This document shows, piece by piece, positions 30,725 to 40,914 of a DNA stretch of 64,000 bases. The stretch's first letter is position 1. Each line of letters begins with the position of its first letter. The translations under genes were made by a program, and so were the position numbers. Source of the stretch: Candidatus Bathyarchaeota archaeon (GTDB lineage Archaea; Thermoproteota; Bathyarchaeia; 40CM-2-53-6); the NCBI GenBank assembly GCA_963733055.1, contig CAVTBR010000003.1, positions 576,001-640,000 on the forward strand. Reading direction: 5' to 3'. The notes beneath the pieces were generated by a model. That model saw nothing but the letters and a program-made list of their open reading frames with translations, searched no databases and was not told the DNA's origin.

Positions 30725-30961
30725 CTATTTCCCTTCGCTCACTATTGTCGTGAGCGTTGATCGGATCTTGTCGAGCCTGCGTACTTTCCATGTAATGACT
30801 TCCTTGAGGCGGTCCATTGAGTCTGTTTCGATTTTTGCCACGACATCATACACCCCATAGACAAAGTAGGATTCCTTGACTTCGGGAACTTCCCGGAGGC
30901 TCTTCAGAATCTCGTTTTCTGATCCAGCGTCAATATTCATAAAGACGAAGGCCTTTGGCAT
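30725..30961 (-). CDS. Stand-alone Lrp/AsnC ligand-binding (RAM) domain
   Basis: AFVFMN...VYGVYDVVAK...STLT. Confidence 0.85.
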   Translation of the reverse strand: MPKAFVFMNIDAGSENEILKSLREVPEVKESYFVYGVYDVVAKIETDSMDRLKEVITWKVRRLDKIRSTLTTIVSEGK

Positions 30962-31027
30962 CGAAATTAACCCTGCTAAGGTAGTGAGGATGACCATTAT
31001 GAGATTATCCCTAATTTCCGGCCGAAT

Positions 31028-31933
31028 ATGTCAGGCGGCTTAAAAGTGGCTACCCAGATCGACCCAGCCTTACTACGGATAGAGGAGCTTGTCAAGCGAC
31101 GATCCTCCACTGACCGCAGGATGGGTTACGTATGGATGATAGTTCCACTACTTCCAGCACTTGCAGCCGTCGTTATTGGAGCATCAGTGCTGGGCATCTT
31201 GGCTTCGATTATTCCACGAATTAGCAGCATTACCCAGCCTCAAACAGCGCAGAACGCAATAACACCAATTGTGGGAGAAATCTTCGCGCTGTACGGTTTT
31301 GCGATTTTAGTGTACTACGTAGTTTTGCTTATCGGAGCTCTGGCTTTCTATTACATGATAGATCGTCGAAATCACCATTTTGTAAGACAACAATTACTAT
31401 TCTCAACACTTCACAGATATCTTGCCGCTAAGGCACCTGATTCCGAAAACGTTTCACGGCTTGGCCACATTCTGGAAGATTCCGGTTGCGATGAACGTGA
31501 TCGACCTGCCGGCGTTTGGGCGATACTTTTTCTGTTTGTGACACCCATAGTCGGCCTACTCGCGGCGTACAACCTAACCCAAGACCTGCGTAGACACGAG
31601 GATTCCCAATCGGTCTACCAAACCACGCTCGCCAATGCTTTCAGCGATGCGGGCGTGCAGCAGACGACCTTCGCTCCTTACAAGTCCCACCGAAGGGAAC
31701 CCTTTCTCTTTATCATACTTTCAGCAATTACTGCTGGACTTTTTTGGATATACTGGTTTTACACATTGCTTAAAGATTATAACGAGCATTTCTCAGACCA
31801 AGCAAAGGTCGAAGATCAAATCCTAAATTCTCTGAGACCACCACAAGCTACGAAACCATGCGGAGCATGCGGCGCCACCATCCCGCGCACCGCAAAGTTC
31901 TGCCCGATATGCGGAAAGGCCCAGACGATCTAG
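31028..31933 (+). CDS. DUF4234-like membrane protein with C-terminal double Zn ribbon
   Basis: ITAGLFWIYWFY and CGACG...FCPICG. Confidence 0.7.
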   Translation: MSGGLKVATQIDPALLRIEELVKRRSSTDRRMGYVWMIVPLLPALAAVVIGASVLGILASIIPRISSITQPQTAQNAITPIVGEIFALYGFAILVYYVVLLIGALAFYYMIDRRNHHFVRQQLLFSTLHRYLAAKAPDSENVSRLGHILEDSGCDERDRPAGVWAILFLFVTPIVGLLAAYNLTQDLRRHEDSQSVYQTTLANAFSDAGVQQTTFAPYKSHRREPFLFIILSAITAGLFWIYWFYTLLKDYNEHFSDQAKVEDQILNSLRPPQATKPCGACGATIPRTAKFCPICGKAQTI

Positions 31934-32575
31934 GTGCAATACGTGCGGCCCGTGAGTATAGTAAAACAAGCATTCCAGCGGAACCGCGTTCTGCTCGTCG
32001 CGATCAGCGTAGCATTCTTTGTCATAATGATTATTGCGGGTTTAGTGACCTACACCGTGCTGTTGACATCGCCAGGTTTAGTGAATGGGTTGCAGGGATG
32101 GTTGGAGTCAGCGGGAAGTTACATAGCAATTCCACCACCCTACACCGATAGCCTCTACCGCGTGATTTTTCTAAATAATATCGGCCACTTTTGGAACCCC
32201 ATACGGCTCTGGGTATGGATACCGTTCATCGGAGCATTTGACTTAGGATATGAACTCCTGTTGAACGCCGTCCTCATAGGTGGAGTCGCAGCTTTCGTGG
32301 GAATGACAAAAGGTCCCGTCTATACAGCCGCCGGGTTACTCCCACATGGAGTTATCGAAATACCCGCGTTCATACTCGAATTCGTTGCGCTCGCAAGATG
32401 GCACGTGAGCACGACTCGCGCATTATACACTAAGTTAAGTGGCCAACCAGTTGACCGGCCGCTTCTATTAGAGGGGGTTAAGGATACTCTTACCTTGTCG
32501 CTATTGTCTGTAGCCTTGTTCGCTGTTGCGGCATACATTGAGACGTTCATCACGCCTCACTTGTTGGGCCGCTGA
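31934..32575 (+). CDS. SpoIIM/DUF95 membrane protein
   Basis: IFLNN, LLPHGVIEIPA, AAYIETFITP. Confidence 0.85.
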   Translation: MQYVRPVSIVKQAFQRNRVLLVAISVAFFVIMIIAGLVTYTVLLTSPGLVNGLQGWLESAGSYIAIPPPYTDSLYRVIFLNNIGHFWNPIRLWVWIPFIGAFDLGYELLLNAVLIGGVAAFVGMTKGPVYTAAGLLPHGVIEIPAFILEFVALARWHVSTTRALYTKLSGQPVDRPLLLEGVKDTLTLSLLSVALFAVAAYIETFITPHLLGR

Positions 32576-32587
32576 TCGGCTGCCTGT

Positions 32588-33328
32588 TTACGTGAATGCG
32601 TAGGTCACTTGAACGGTTGCTGTCACTTGTAGCGTTCCGGTTTGTATTGGTGTCTGTGCGGTCGCGGCGAATCGGGTGGAGTAGTTCGTGGGTTGAAATT
32701 GATAGCCCGGTGTAACCGAGATAGGACCGACAATTGAAACCCCGAGCGTCGTTGCCAGTGCTTTGGCTTGACCGTCTGCGTCGGTTAGGGCAACCTGTAG
32801 CGCTTGCTTCTGTAGTGTTGCAAGAGAGCCGCTCGAAAGCGTGAAAGATACGCCTTGTACCTGGTTTGCTCCCGCGGAGATTACTTGATCTAAGATTTTG
32901 CCTACGGAGTTTAAGTCGTTAACAGTTACTTGGATTTCATTTACGGCAACGTAGCCGATGATGGTTGGGGACACGCTTTGGTTGACGGGATTGGAGTAGG
33001 TTGGCGTAAGGGTGTAAGAGACGGTTTGAATCGAATTCTTGTCTATTCCGGCGCTGGTAAGAGCCGTGATCACGCTAGTCATAGCTGCCGCGTTGTCTGA
33101 GGTGGCTTGTGTAGCGGTGGCTGCTTGAGTTTGAACGCCGAGATAGAGTATGGCCTCGTCTGGCGGGGAGGAAACTGTTCCGGTTCCTGTGACCTGAATT
33201 GTCTTCGTGGTGGGGTTCGTGAGCGATGTCGGTGGGGGTCGCGTTAGTGCAACTGCGCTCACCAATACCATTGCGATTATGGCTAGGGCGGCTAGGTAGT
33301 ACACTCGTCGACCTGAAGTTTCGCTCAA
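32588..33328 (-). CDS. SIMPL (DUF541) domain protein
   Basis: IQVTGTG...PD, AGANQV, ALTDA..AKALA. Confidence 0.88.
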   Translation of the reverse strand: MSETSGRRVYYLAALAIIAMVLVSAVALTRPPPTSLTNPTTKTIQVTGTGTVSSPPDEAILYLGVQTQAATATQATSDNAAAMTSVITALTSAGIDKNSIQTVSYTLTPTYSNPVNQSVSPTIIGYVAVNEIQVTVNDLNSVGKILDQVISAGANQVQGVSFTLSSGSLATLQKQALQVALTDADGQAKALATTLGVSIVGPISVTPGYQFQPTNYSTRFAATAQTPIQTGTLQVTATVQVTYAFT

Positions 33329-33539
33329 ATCATCAATCCTCCTTTAGGCTGTGGTATGATGTGTCCACGCAATAACCCCATGGTTTTGAACACGCCGTTC
33401 ACACTTTAGAACAAGGCCTCATCGATGGCGTTTAATGGACAGGTACATGGTCAAAGCTCAGTGTCTTAGAACATTTTTCATTCGGGTTTAAGGTTGAAAT
33501 CTTATCTTGCAACTGGCTCACTAGCGGTCGGACCCGTGA

Positions 33540-33977
33540 TTGGTCATGTTTAAGGTATTCATTACAAACCGCGTAGTCGACCGCATTTCACGGGACCTAA
33601 ACCGACCCTTCGAACGCATCGGACTTCTAATGGGCACTTTGCAAGATTCGTCGCTCTGGGTTAATGACACTATTCCGGGTGGGACTGAGATTAGTGAAGT
33701 CTCTTGCGCTTTCCCACCCCAACGCCTTGCACAGGTGGCAACGGATATCGTTGAGGGAAGGATAGAGGGTAGAATTGTTGGCTGGTATCACTCCCATCCA
33801 GGTCACGGTTTGTTTCTTTCGCAAACCGACGTAGAAACGCACATGCAATTTTGCCAATTTTCCCCTTACACTGTGTCGCTTGTAGCAGATCCCAAGTCCG
33901 AGGAATTTGGAATTTGGATATTTGAGAATGGAGCTGGAGTAGTGCAATTGCCCTCCACCTACATTCACATCATTTGA
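33540..33977 (+). CDS. JAMM/MPN+ metalloprotease
   Basis: Catalytic Glu (ERIGLLMG) and GWYHSHPGHGLFLSQTD. Confidence 0.9.
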   Translation: MVMFKVFITNRVVDRISRDLNRPFERIGLLMGTLQDSSLWVNDTIPGGTEISEVSCAFPPQRLAQVATDIVEGRIEGRIVGWYHSHPGHGLFLSQTDVETHMQFCQFSPYTVSLVADPKSEEFGIWIFENGAGVVQLPSTYIHII

Positions 33978-34590
33978 CTGTTGAAGAAAGGCTCTTCCTG
34001 TAAGACCTAGCCGCCGTCTTGTAGAGCTCGTTTGCTGATGGTAGGTTTGAGCCTTGGAATTTCTTGCTCGTACTCTTCCATAGATCCGCGAAGATCGCCT
34101 TTGGATAGCCTCTTCGATGGTACTCCTCAATTTGTATGAGTATATCCAATCGGTCGGCAGCGTGAACAATCCTTGACTCTACGGTTTCTTCAGCGTCAAA
34201 CTCTGACTGAAGTCGTGAATAGAGCTTCCTAACTTCGCCATTGCCAACACCTTTGATCAAATGTCTCCAGGCGGCTTGTTCTAGTTCACTCTTAATGGAC
34301 TGCCCTCTCCTGCCTAGATATTCAAGGTAGGCTTTGCTTATGTCGAACGTTAATGCTTCAGGAAGGTCGTGAAGCAACGCTAAACGAAGAACCCGTTCGG
34401 TGTTGATCTTCCGACCATTCGCGACTTCAAGGTCGGCCAGCAACATGGCGAGTGCAGCGGTTGCAAAAGAATGATCGGCAACTGATTCAACGTCTTGAAG
34501 GCTTACTCCATGACTTATCCAGCCGCTTCTCGGAATCATCTTAATTCTGCTAAGGCTCGAAACGAAATCTAGAAAATCAGTTCCCTCCAC
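33970..34590 (-). CDS. HD-domain 5'-nucleotidase (YfbR/HDDC2-like)
   Basis: RSGW, ESVADHS, LLHDLPE, ADRLD. Confidence 0.88.
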   Translation of the reverse strand: MEGTDFLDFVSSLSRIKMIPRSGWISHGVSLQDVESVADHSFATAALAMLLADLEVANGRKINTERVLRLALLHDLPEALTFDISKAYLEYLGRRGQSIKSELEQAAWRHLIKGVGNGEVRKLYSRLQSEFDAEETVESRIVHAADRLDILIQIEEYHRRGYPKAIFADLWKSTSKKFQGSNLPSANELYKTAARSYRKSLSSTVK

Positions 34591-34623
34591 AACTACCCAA
34601 TATCTAGGAAAAGAACAAAAGTT

Positions 34624-35397
34624 ATGGCTTTGACCCTTGCCCTTGCGCCCATGAAGCGTCGAAATTTCCTAATTCTCACGGTTCTTGTTTACGGATTCAC
34701 GTTAGCTGGGTTTTGGGTAGCCGGTATCAAGAGAGTGACTATATTTGCAGACAGTGACAGCTATAGCTGGCAGTCTGTCCCACTTGCTAACAACGGCTTA
34801 TCAAACAATTTTGAGATTACGTCCTACGACAAACCTCCCTACAACATGCGGGGCTGGATACAGTTCAACCTGACAACGATTCCAACCGATGTTTGGATCC
34901 TATCTGCTACGATGCGCCTGCGACTTTGGCACCATACAACTGTAGACCCAACCCAGAACATGGGAGATTCAACAGGAAGAACCTACGGGGCCTATCGTCT
35001 CCTACAGCCTTGGGGCGAGACGACGGTTAACTGGTCCAATCAACCGAACTACACCGAACTCCACCAGGCAAACTCGACCGTTCCTTCCGAACAGGGTGGA
35101 TGGTACGGGCCTTTTGTCTGGATGGATTGGGACATTTCAGGGATCATGAGCGATTGGCGGGCTAACTCGACAAGTAATTACGGTTTGGTCGTTCGAGATA
35201 CTCAGGAATACTCGCCGGTCTTCTATTCCACCCAATTCTTTACAATTGATCAAGTCCCGAACGAGACTTACTACCCAAGGTTATTGGTGACGTATGTTTC
35301 ACCGCTGGCTTTGGCTGTGTTTGGAGGATTTTTGCTTGCGGAAGGACTTATTATGATAAGGGTCTGGCGATCTAAAGTCAAACACGCAGAAATCTAG
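34624..35397 (+). CDS. Membrane-anchored DNRLRE/CBM96-like domain protein
   Basis: ADSDSY, IQFNL, W-E-TVNWSNQP, WDIS, NYGL, PRLLVTY and a C-terminal TM. Confidence 0.7.
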   Translation: MALTLALAPMKRRNFLILTVLVYGFTLAGFWVAGIKRVTIFADSDSYSWQSVPLANNGLSNNFEITSYDKPPYNMRGWIQFNLTTIPTDVWILSATMRLRLWHHTTVDPTQNMGDSTGRTYGAYRLLQPWGETTVNWSNQPNYTELHQANSTVPSEQGGWYGPFVWMDWDISGIMSDWRANSTSNYGLVVRDTQEYSPVFYSTQFFTIDQVPNETYYPRLLVTYVSPLALAVFGGFLLAEGLIMIRVWRSKVKHAEI

Positions 35398-35415
35398 ATT
35401 GGAGAGTCACTGAAG

Positions 35416-36414
35416 TTGGGAAACTTAGTTGAAGGAGCAAGAAACGCCATCGAAGTGTGCATGGCCGTCAAGAAAGGAGAACATGTACTCATCTTAACTG
35501 ACCGCGAAACCTCAGAAGTTGGGGATGCCATCTCAGAAGCAGCAGAGAAAGTTTCGAAGGGGAACGTCAAGACATTCGTCCTAGAGGATTACACAGAACG
35601 ACCCGCGAAGCAACTTCCCAACGAAATCCTCGAATCCATGCCATGGGCAAACGTCACATTCTACGCTGCACAAAGCAAACCGGGAGAACTTGCCGTAAGA
35701 GGCCCGTTCATACGCACAGCCATCAAATACGCCCGCCACGGTCACATGCCAAGCATCTCAAAGGAGCTCATGGAAACGGGCATGTGCGCCGACTACCAGA
35801 AAATCTCTGAACTGACGAAGAAAGTTGATCAGATCGTCAAGGGCTGCAAGAGCGCCAGAGTCAGCAACAGAGCCGGGACGGAGCTTACCGCAGAATTTCA
35901 CCCCAATTGGAAATGGCTCGTTTCTGATGGACTATATCATGATAAGGGCAAATGGGGTAACCTTCCCGACGGAGAAATTTTCACAGCCACTCTCAAAGCA
36001 AATGGGAAAATGGTTATTGACGAGCTTGGCGATTGGTTCAGCCCCAAGTACGGCGTCATCAAAGAAACCCCAGTAACTTTACTTGTTAAGGACTCACGAA
36101 TCGATTTCCCTACAGTTACCTGCACAAATGAACAGCTGCGAAAGGAATTCTTGGATTACGTTCAATCCGACCCGAATGGAAACAGATTGGGCGAGTTTGC
36201 AATTGGTACCAACATTTTCCTTGAGAGATTGACCGGAAACCTGCTTCAAGACGAAAAATTCCCGTCGGTCCACTGCGCTTTCGGAGATCCATACTCTGAA
36301 GAAACCGGCGCAAATTGGCAGGCGAAGACTCATGTCGACGGAATCATGCTCAACTGCAGCATCTGGATTGACGGTAAACAGATTATGGATGAGGGCAAGC
36401 ACCTAACTCATTGA
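35416..36414 (+). CDS. M29-family aminopeptidase
   Basis: NLPDGEIF, LGEFAIGTN, DEK, HCAFG, HVD. Confidence 0.88.
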   Translation: MGNLVEGARNAIEVCMAVKKGEHVLILTDRETSEVGDAISEAAEKVSKGNVKTFVLEDYTERPAKQLPNEILESMPWANVTFYAAQSKPGELAVRGPFIRTAIKYARHGHMPSISKELMETGMCADYQKISELTKKVDQIVKGCKSARVSNRAGTELTAEFHPNWKWLVSDGLYHDKGKWGNLPDGEIFTATLKANGKMVIDELGDWFSPKYGVIKETPVTLLVKDSRIDFPTVTCTNEQLRKEFLDYVQSDPNGNRLGEFAIGTNIFLERLTGNLLQDEKFPSVHCAFGDPYSEETGANWQAKTHVDGIMLNCSIWIDGKQIMDEGKHLTH

Positions 36415-36515
36415 ATACCAAGACCTCACAATGAAATGACGAGAACAATTGTAACGAAAGCAATAAGTAAGCACCTCTAGTATGACTCGCCCGCTCAATT
36501 CTGAGGAAACAATCT

Positions 36516-38306
36516 TTGTCGGAGTTCAAACCAGGAAGCATTGATCGAGTCGCCGGCCCGGTCGTCGTGGCGTCAGGCATGCTCGGCGCCCGCATGTATG
36601 AGCTCGTCAAAGTAGGTAATTCGGGTTTGATTGGCGAGGTAATCCGAGTCGAATCTGACCGAGCCACGATTCAAGTTTACGAGGAGACCACCGGCATCAA
36701 ACCCGGAGAAATAGTAGAGCGAACAGGCCACCCGTTGTCGGTTGAACTCGGGCCGGGTTTGATCAACCAGTTCTTTGATGGAACCCAAAGGCCGCTCCCA
36801 GTACTGCTGAAGCAACAGGGCGCGTTCATTCATAGAGGAGTTACAGCGCCTGCTCTTGATCGCAAGAAGAAGTGGGAATTCACACCCCTACTAAGCAAGG
36901 GAGACAAAGTAACCGGGGGGGACGTTCTCGGTGAGGTTCCGGAAACCGTCCTCGTCAAACACCGTATCTTGGTTCCTCCAAACATTGCGGGAACGCTGAA
37001 GTCAATTGTCTCTAAGGGGGGTTATACTCTCGAAGACCCGATTGCTGAAGTTGAAACTTCCAAATCAACAGAGAAACTCTTTCTCATGCATACTTGGCCC
37101 GTTCGAAGTCCACGCCCTAACCGTGAGAAAGTTCCATCCGACACACCTCTTATCACGGGCCAACGCATCATCGACTTCTTCTTCCCCATAGCGAAGGGCG
37201 GAACAGCCGCGATTCCGGGCGATTTCGGCACGGGAAAAACCATCACACAACATCAGCTCGCGAAGTGGGCGGACGCTGACGTGATAGTGTACGTTGGCTG
37301 CGGGGAACGCGGAAACGAGATGACCGAGGTTCTTGAAACATTCCCCGAACTAAAGGACCCTAGGTCCGGTCATCCATTAATGGAACGAACCCTTCTCGTG
37401 GCCAATACATCAAATATGCCGATCGCCGCTCGAGAGGCAAGCATGTACACGGGCGTAACTCTTGCTGAATATTTCCGGGACATGGGCTATGACGTGGCGT
37501 TAATGGCTGATTCAACTTCAAGGTGGGCAGAAGCGTTACGGGAAGTGTCTGGACGATTGGAGGAGATGCCCGGAGAGGAAGGCTATCCCGCCTATTTGGC
37601 CTCACGCCTTGCTGAAATATACGAGAGAGCCGGCAGGGTGAAAGTCATCGGTCGCGAAGAGAACAAGCTCGGCTCCGTCTCGGTCGTGGGCGCCGTTTCC
37701 CCTTCGGGAGGAGACTTCTCAGAACCTGTTACACAAAACACTCTTAGAATCGTTAAAGTATTCTGGGCTCTCAGCAAACCACTGGCTGAGCGTAGGCATT
37801 TTCCGGCTATCGACTGGTTGACGAGTTACTCGCTCTACTTTGAGTCGCTGGAGAACTGGTACCAGACCAAAATTGGCCCAGAATGGTCTAGCCTTAGAAA
37901 GGAAGGAATGGCCTTGTTGCAACGCGATGAAGAACTCCGCGAGATCGTAATGTTAGTCGGGCCAGACGCGCTCTCGGAATCTCAGAGAGTAGTCTTGGAG
38001 GCGGCGAGAATGATCAAAGAAGACTTCCTAATACAAAGCGCCCTACACCCAGTGGATAGCTATTGCTCTCCAGAGAAAACGTCTCTCCTAATGTCGCTCA
38101 TAATGAAGTTCTACGAGAGCATGAAGAAGTCAACGGAGACAGGAGTCCCATTACAGCGAGCCCTTGAACTTCCCGCAAAGAATGACATCGCACGAGCCAA
38201 GATCCAGCCCTCCGAAACCTTCAAAGAATTCGCAACAGGACTCTCGGCGAGAATTGACGAACAGTTCCAAACGTTGACCAAAGAAATAGCCGAAACTGCC
38301 AGGTGA
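36516..38306 (+). CDS. atpA: A/V-type ATP synthase subunit A
   Basis: [28 protein letters not shown]. Confidence 0.97.
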   Translation: MSEFKPGSIDRVAGPVVVASGMLGARMYELVKVGNSGLIGEVIRVESDRATIQVYEETTGIKPGEIVERTGHPLSVELGPGLINQFFDGTQRPLPVLLKQQGAFIHRGVTAPALDRKKKWEFTPLLSKGDKVTGGDVLGEVPETVLVKHRILVPPNIAGTLKSIVSKGGYTLEDPIAEVETSKSTEKLFLMHTWPVRSPRPNREKVPSDTPLITGQRIIDFFFPIAKGGTAAIPGDFGTGKTITQHQLAKWADADVIVYVGCGERGNEMTEVLETFPELKDPRSGHPLMERTLLVANTSNMPIAAREASMYTGVTLAEYFRDMGYDVALMADSTSRWAEALREVSGRLEEMPGEEGYPAYLASRLAEIYERAGRVKVIGREENKLGSVSVVGAVSPSGGDFSEPVTQNTLRIVKVFWALSKPLAERRHFPAIDWLTSYSLYFESLENWYQTKIGPEWSSLRKEGMALLQRDEELREIVMLVGPDALSESQRVVLEAARMIKEDFLIQSALHPVDSYCSPEKTSLLMSLIMKFYESMKKSTETGVPLQRALELPAKNDIARAKIQPSETFKEFATGLSARIDEQFQTLTKEIAETAR

Positions 38307-38316
38307 GACACAACCG

Positions 38317-39716
38317 ATGTCAGTCGTAATTCGCGAATACTCTACTGTTAACGAGATTTCCGGACCGCTCCTTTTCGTAAAAAACGTGAAGGGCGTCGGC
38401 TTTGGCGAGCTGGTTAGGATCCGAACTCCGGCAGGACAAGAGCGACGGGGCCAAGTTCTGGAAGTACGAAGCGATCTGGCTGTGGTTCAAGTATTCGAGG
38501 GAACCTCAGGCCTTGACATAGCTTCAACCAATGTCCGCTTCATGGGAGAAACTGTCAAGTTACCTGTCTCGGGAGACTTGTTGGGCCGCATTCTTGACGG
38601 AAGCGGCAACCCAATCGACGGGGGACCGCGCATCATACCCGAAGATTACTGGGACGTACATGGGGCGCCCATCAACCCGTACGCCAGAACGTATCCGAGA
38701 GAATTCATCCAGACCGGCATCTCCGCCATCGACGGCATGAACACCCTCGTTAGAGGCCAAAAGCTTCCTCTGTTTTCAGGCGCAGGCCTTCCACACAACA
38801 GAGTTGCAGCACAGGTCGCACGACAAGCGCGGGTACGAGGCACGGGAGAACCATTCTCAACCGTCTTTGCAGCCATCGGGATCACGGCGGATGAAGCGCG
38901 GTTTTTCAGGGAAGATTTCGAAAGGCAGGGAGCCTTCGAACACGTTACCATGTTCGTCAACCTGGCTGACGACCCAGCCATTGAAAGAATCCTCACTCCC
39001 CGAATGGCGCTGACCGCCCGGAATATTTCGCGTTCAAATTGGACATGCATGTCCTCGTTATCCTGACAGACATGACCAACTATGCTGAGGCCTTGCGAGA
39101 AATCTCAGCCGCGAGAGAGGAGGTGCCAGGCCGTAGAGGATACCCTGGCTACTTGTACACTGATCTTTCAAGTATCTACGAACGGGCAGGTAGAATTCGG
39201 GATGCCAAGGGATCCATCACCCAGATGCCTATCCTCACAATGCCGCATGACGACATAACCCACCCAATTCCAAACCTAACCGGATACATAACAGAGGGAC
39301 AATTAATCGTCGACAGAGGGCTGCACAGAAAGGGAATCTACCCACCAATCGACGTATCACCCTCACTGTCGAGACTAATGCGTGAAGGCATAGGTAAGGA
39401 AAGAACCCGGCAAGACCATAGAGAAGTTTCCGACCAACTCTACTACGCCTACGCGGAAGGGCGCGCCTTCAGAGACCTCGTAGCAGTCGTTGGCGAAGAG
39501 GCGTTATCTGCTCGAGATAAGATCTACTTGAAGTTCGCAGACGACTTCGAAAGACGCTTCATTGGCCAAAGCGAATACGAGAATCGGGACATCGAGAAGA
39601 CGCTCGACCTCGGCTGGGACCTACTGGCGGCGCTACCGGAGAGCGAACTCAAGCGGATAGACCCATCAACTATCAAACAGTTCCATCCCAAACATAGATC
39701 TGAGTCGGCGAAGTAG
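38317..39716 (+). CDS. atpB: A/V-type ATP synthase subunit B, split by a 1-nt deletion near 39018
   Basis: Two consecutive ORFs form one AtpB. ALTA-AEYFAF is restored by adding one base in accgcccggaatat. Confidence 0.93.
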
Positions 39717-40391
39717 ATGCCCGAACTGATCTCGGGCGTGCACCCAACCCGAATGGAATTACTCACTCTTAGAAAGCGGCGTAAAATCACGGAAAGAGGC
39801 CGCGACCTCTTAAGAGAAAAACTTGACGCTCTGATGATAGAATTCTTCCAATTCGTTCGAGAAATCGCCACCCTGCGAGAGAAGGCGCAGAAGTTGCTTG
39901 CTGAGGCTTACGAGGAATTCGTTGAAGCCCAAATGGCTATGGGGTCCATGAAACTCGAACAGACTTCAACGGGCGTTGAAGACCGGTTCTCAATAGAGAC
40001 TAAGTCTAGAAATGTGATTGGCGTTACGATTCCGTACATTCAGGTTACGTTGAAACCTCTTTCGGCCTTCCCGTACAACCCTTACGATACTTCGATCAAA
40101 CTTGACGAGGCAACCGTTAAGATGGCGGATGCGATAAAGGCAATTGCTGAACTTTCTAGTGCAGAGGCCGCGGTTAAGAAACTCGCTGAAGCGATAGCGG
40201 CTACGAAGCGGCGAGTGAACTCTCTTGAATACGTAATCATTCCGCGAATGCTAGCGACGATTCGTTATATCGAAATGCACTTAGAGGAAGCTGAACGCGA
40301 GGACTTTTTCAGGTTAAAGCGAATCAAAGGCAGAATGGCAAAAGAGAAGCCTGTCGATTTAGACCTACTCGACCAGCAGATTCAGGCCTGA
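39717..40391 (+). CDS. atpD: A/V-type ATP synthase subunit D
   Basis: PTRMEL, TKRRVNSLE, EREDFFRLK. Confidence 0.95.
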   Translation: MPELISGVHPTRMELLTLRKRRKITERGRDLLREKLDALMIEFFQFVREIATLREKAQKLLAEAYEEFVEAQMAMGSMKLEQTSTGVEDRFSIETKSRNVIGVTIPYIQVTLKPLSAFPYNPYDTSIKLDEATVKMADAIKAIAELSSAEAAVKKLAEAIAATKRRVNSLEYVIIPRMLATIRYIEMHLEEAEREDFFRLKRIKGRMAKEKPVDLDLLDQQIQA

Positions 40392-40777
40392 GTTTGAGAA
40401 TTGGGCCGATCTTTAAGGATCAGGATGGCTTTTGCGAGATCGCCCCCTGCCTCTAACAGCGCTTTCTTAGAATCCTCAATCGATCTACCAGTCTGCTGAG
40501 CGACCAACTGGGCGTCGTCTTCCCCTGTGGCTGTCTGGATCGCTACGGGTGCGGCTTCCGAAACGCTGCCCCCCGCAATCTGATACATGGACTGCCCCTG
40601 AATCGTCATCAGGGTTACGCTGGGCGCCTCGATTACAATGTCCTTTGACCCTGTCTTTATGATAACTTGCGTAACGTCGGGGACCTCGTCGACCTTCATG
40701 CCCATCTTCTGCATCATTCGTGCTGCGTCGCGTCCACCCGGTTTTCCTCGAGCCGCCTTCAACGCTTTATACGCCAA
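40382..40777 (-). CDS. nac: Nascent polypeptide-associated complex protein
   Basis: MMQKMGM, YQIAG, UBA-like GDLAKAIL. Confidence 0.92.
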   Translation of the reverse strand: MAYKALKAARGKPGGRDAARMMQKMGMKVDEVPDVTQVIIKTGSKDIVIEAPSVTLMTIQGQSMYQIAGGSVSEAAPVAIQTATGEDDAQLVAQQTGRSIEDSKKALLEAGGDLAKAILILKDRPNSQTQA

Positions 40778-40914
40778 TAGTCCTCAACGCCCAATGTTGT
40801 CTTGTCATGAACAATAAGACTATCACACTTAGGAAAACGTGTCTGGTGGCTTCAACTGGAATAGCGACCATGATTTCCACAAATCTTGCGTAGGAAGCCA
40901 AATCAAAGAGAGCT

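Noticed and set aside
39005-39045. atpB frameshift as programmed recoding or pseudogenisation
   Set aside because: No slippery sequence is present and both halves are intact in an essential gene. Similar single indels at ~862, ~14220, ~52880 and ~61575 point to consensus errors; read mapping would settle it.
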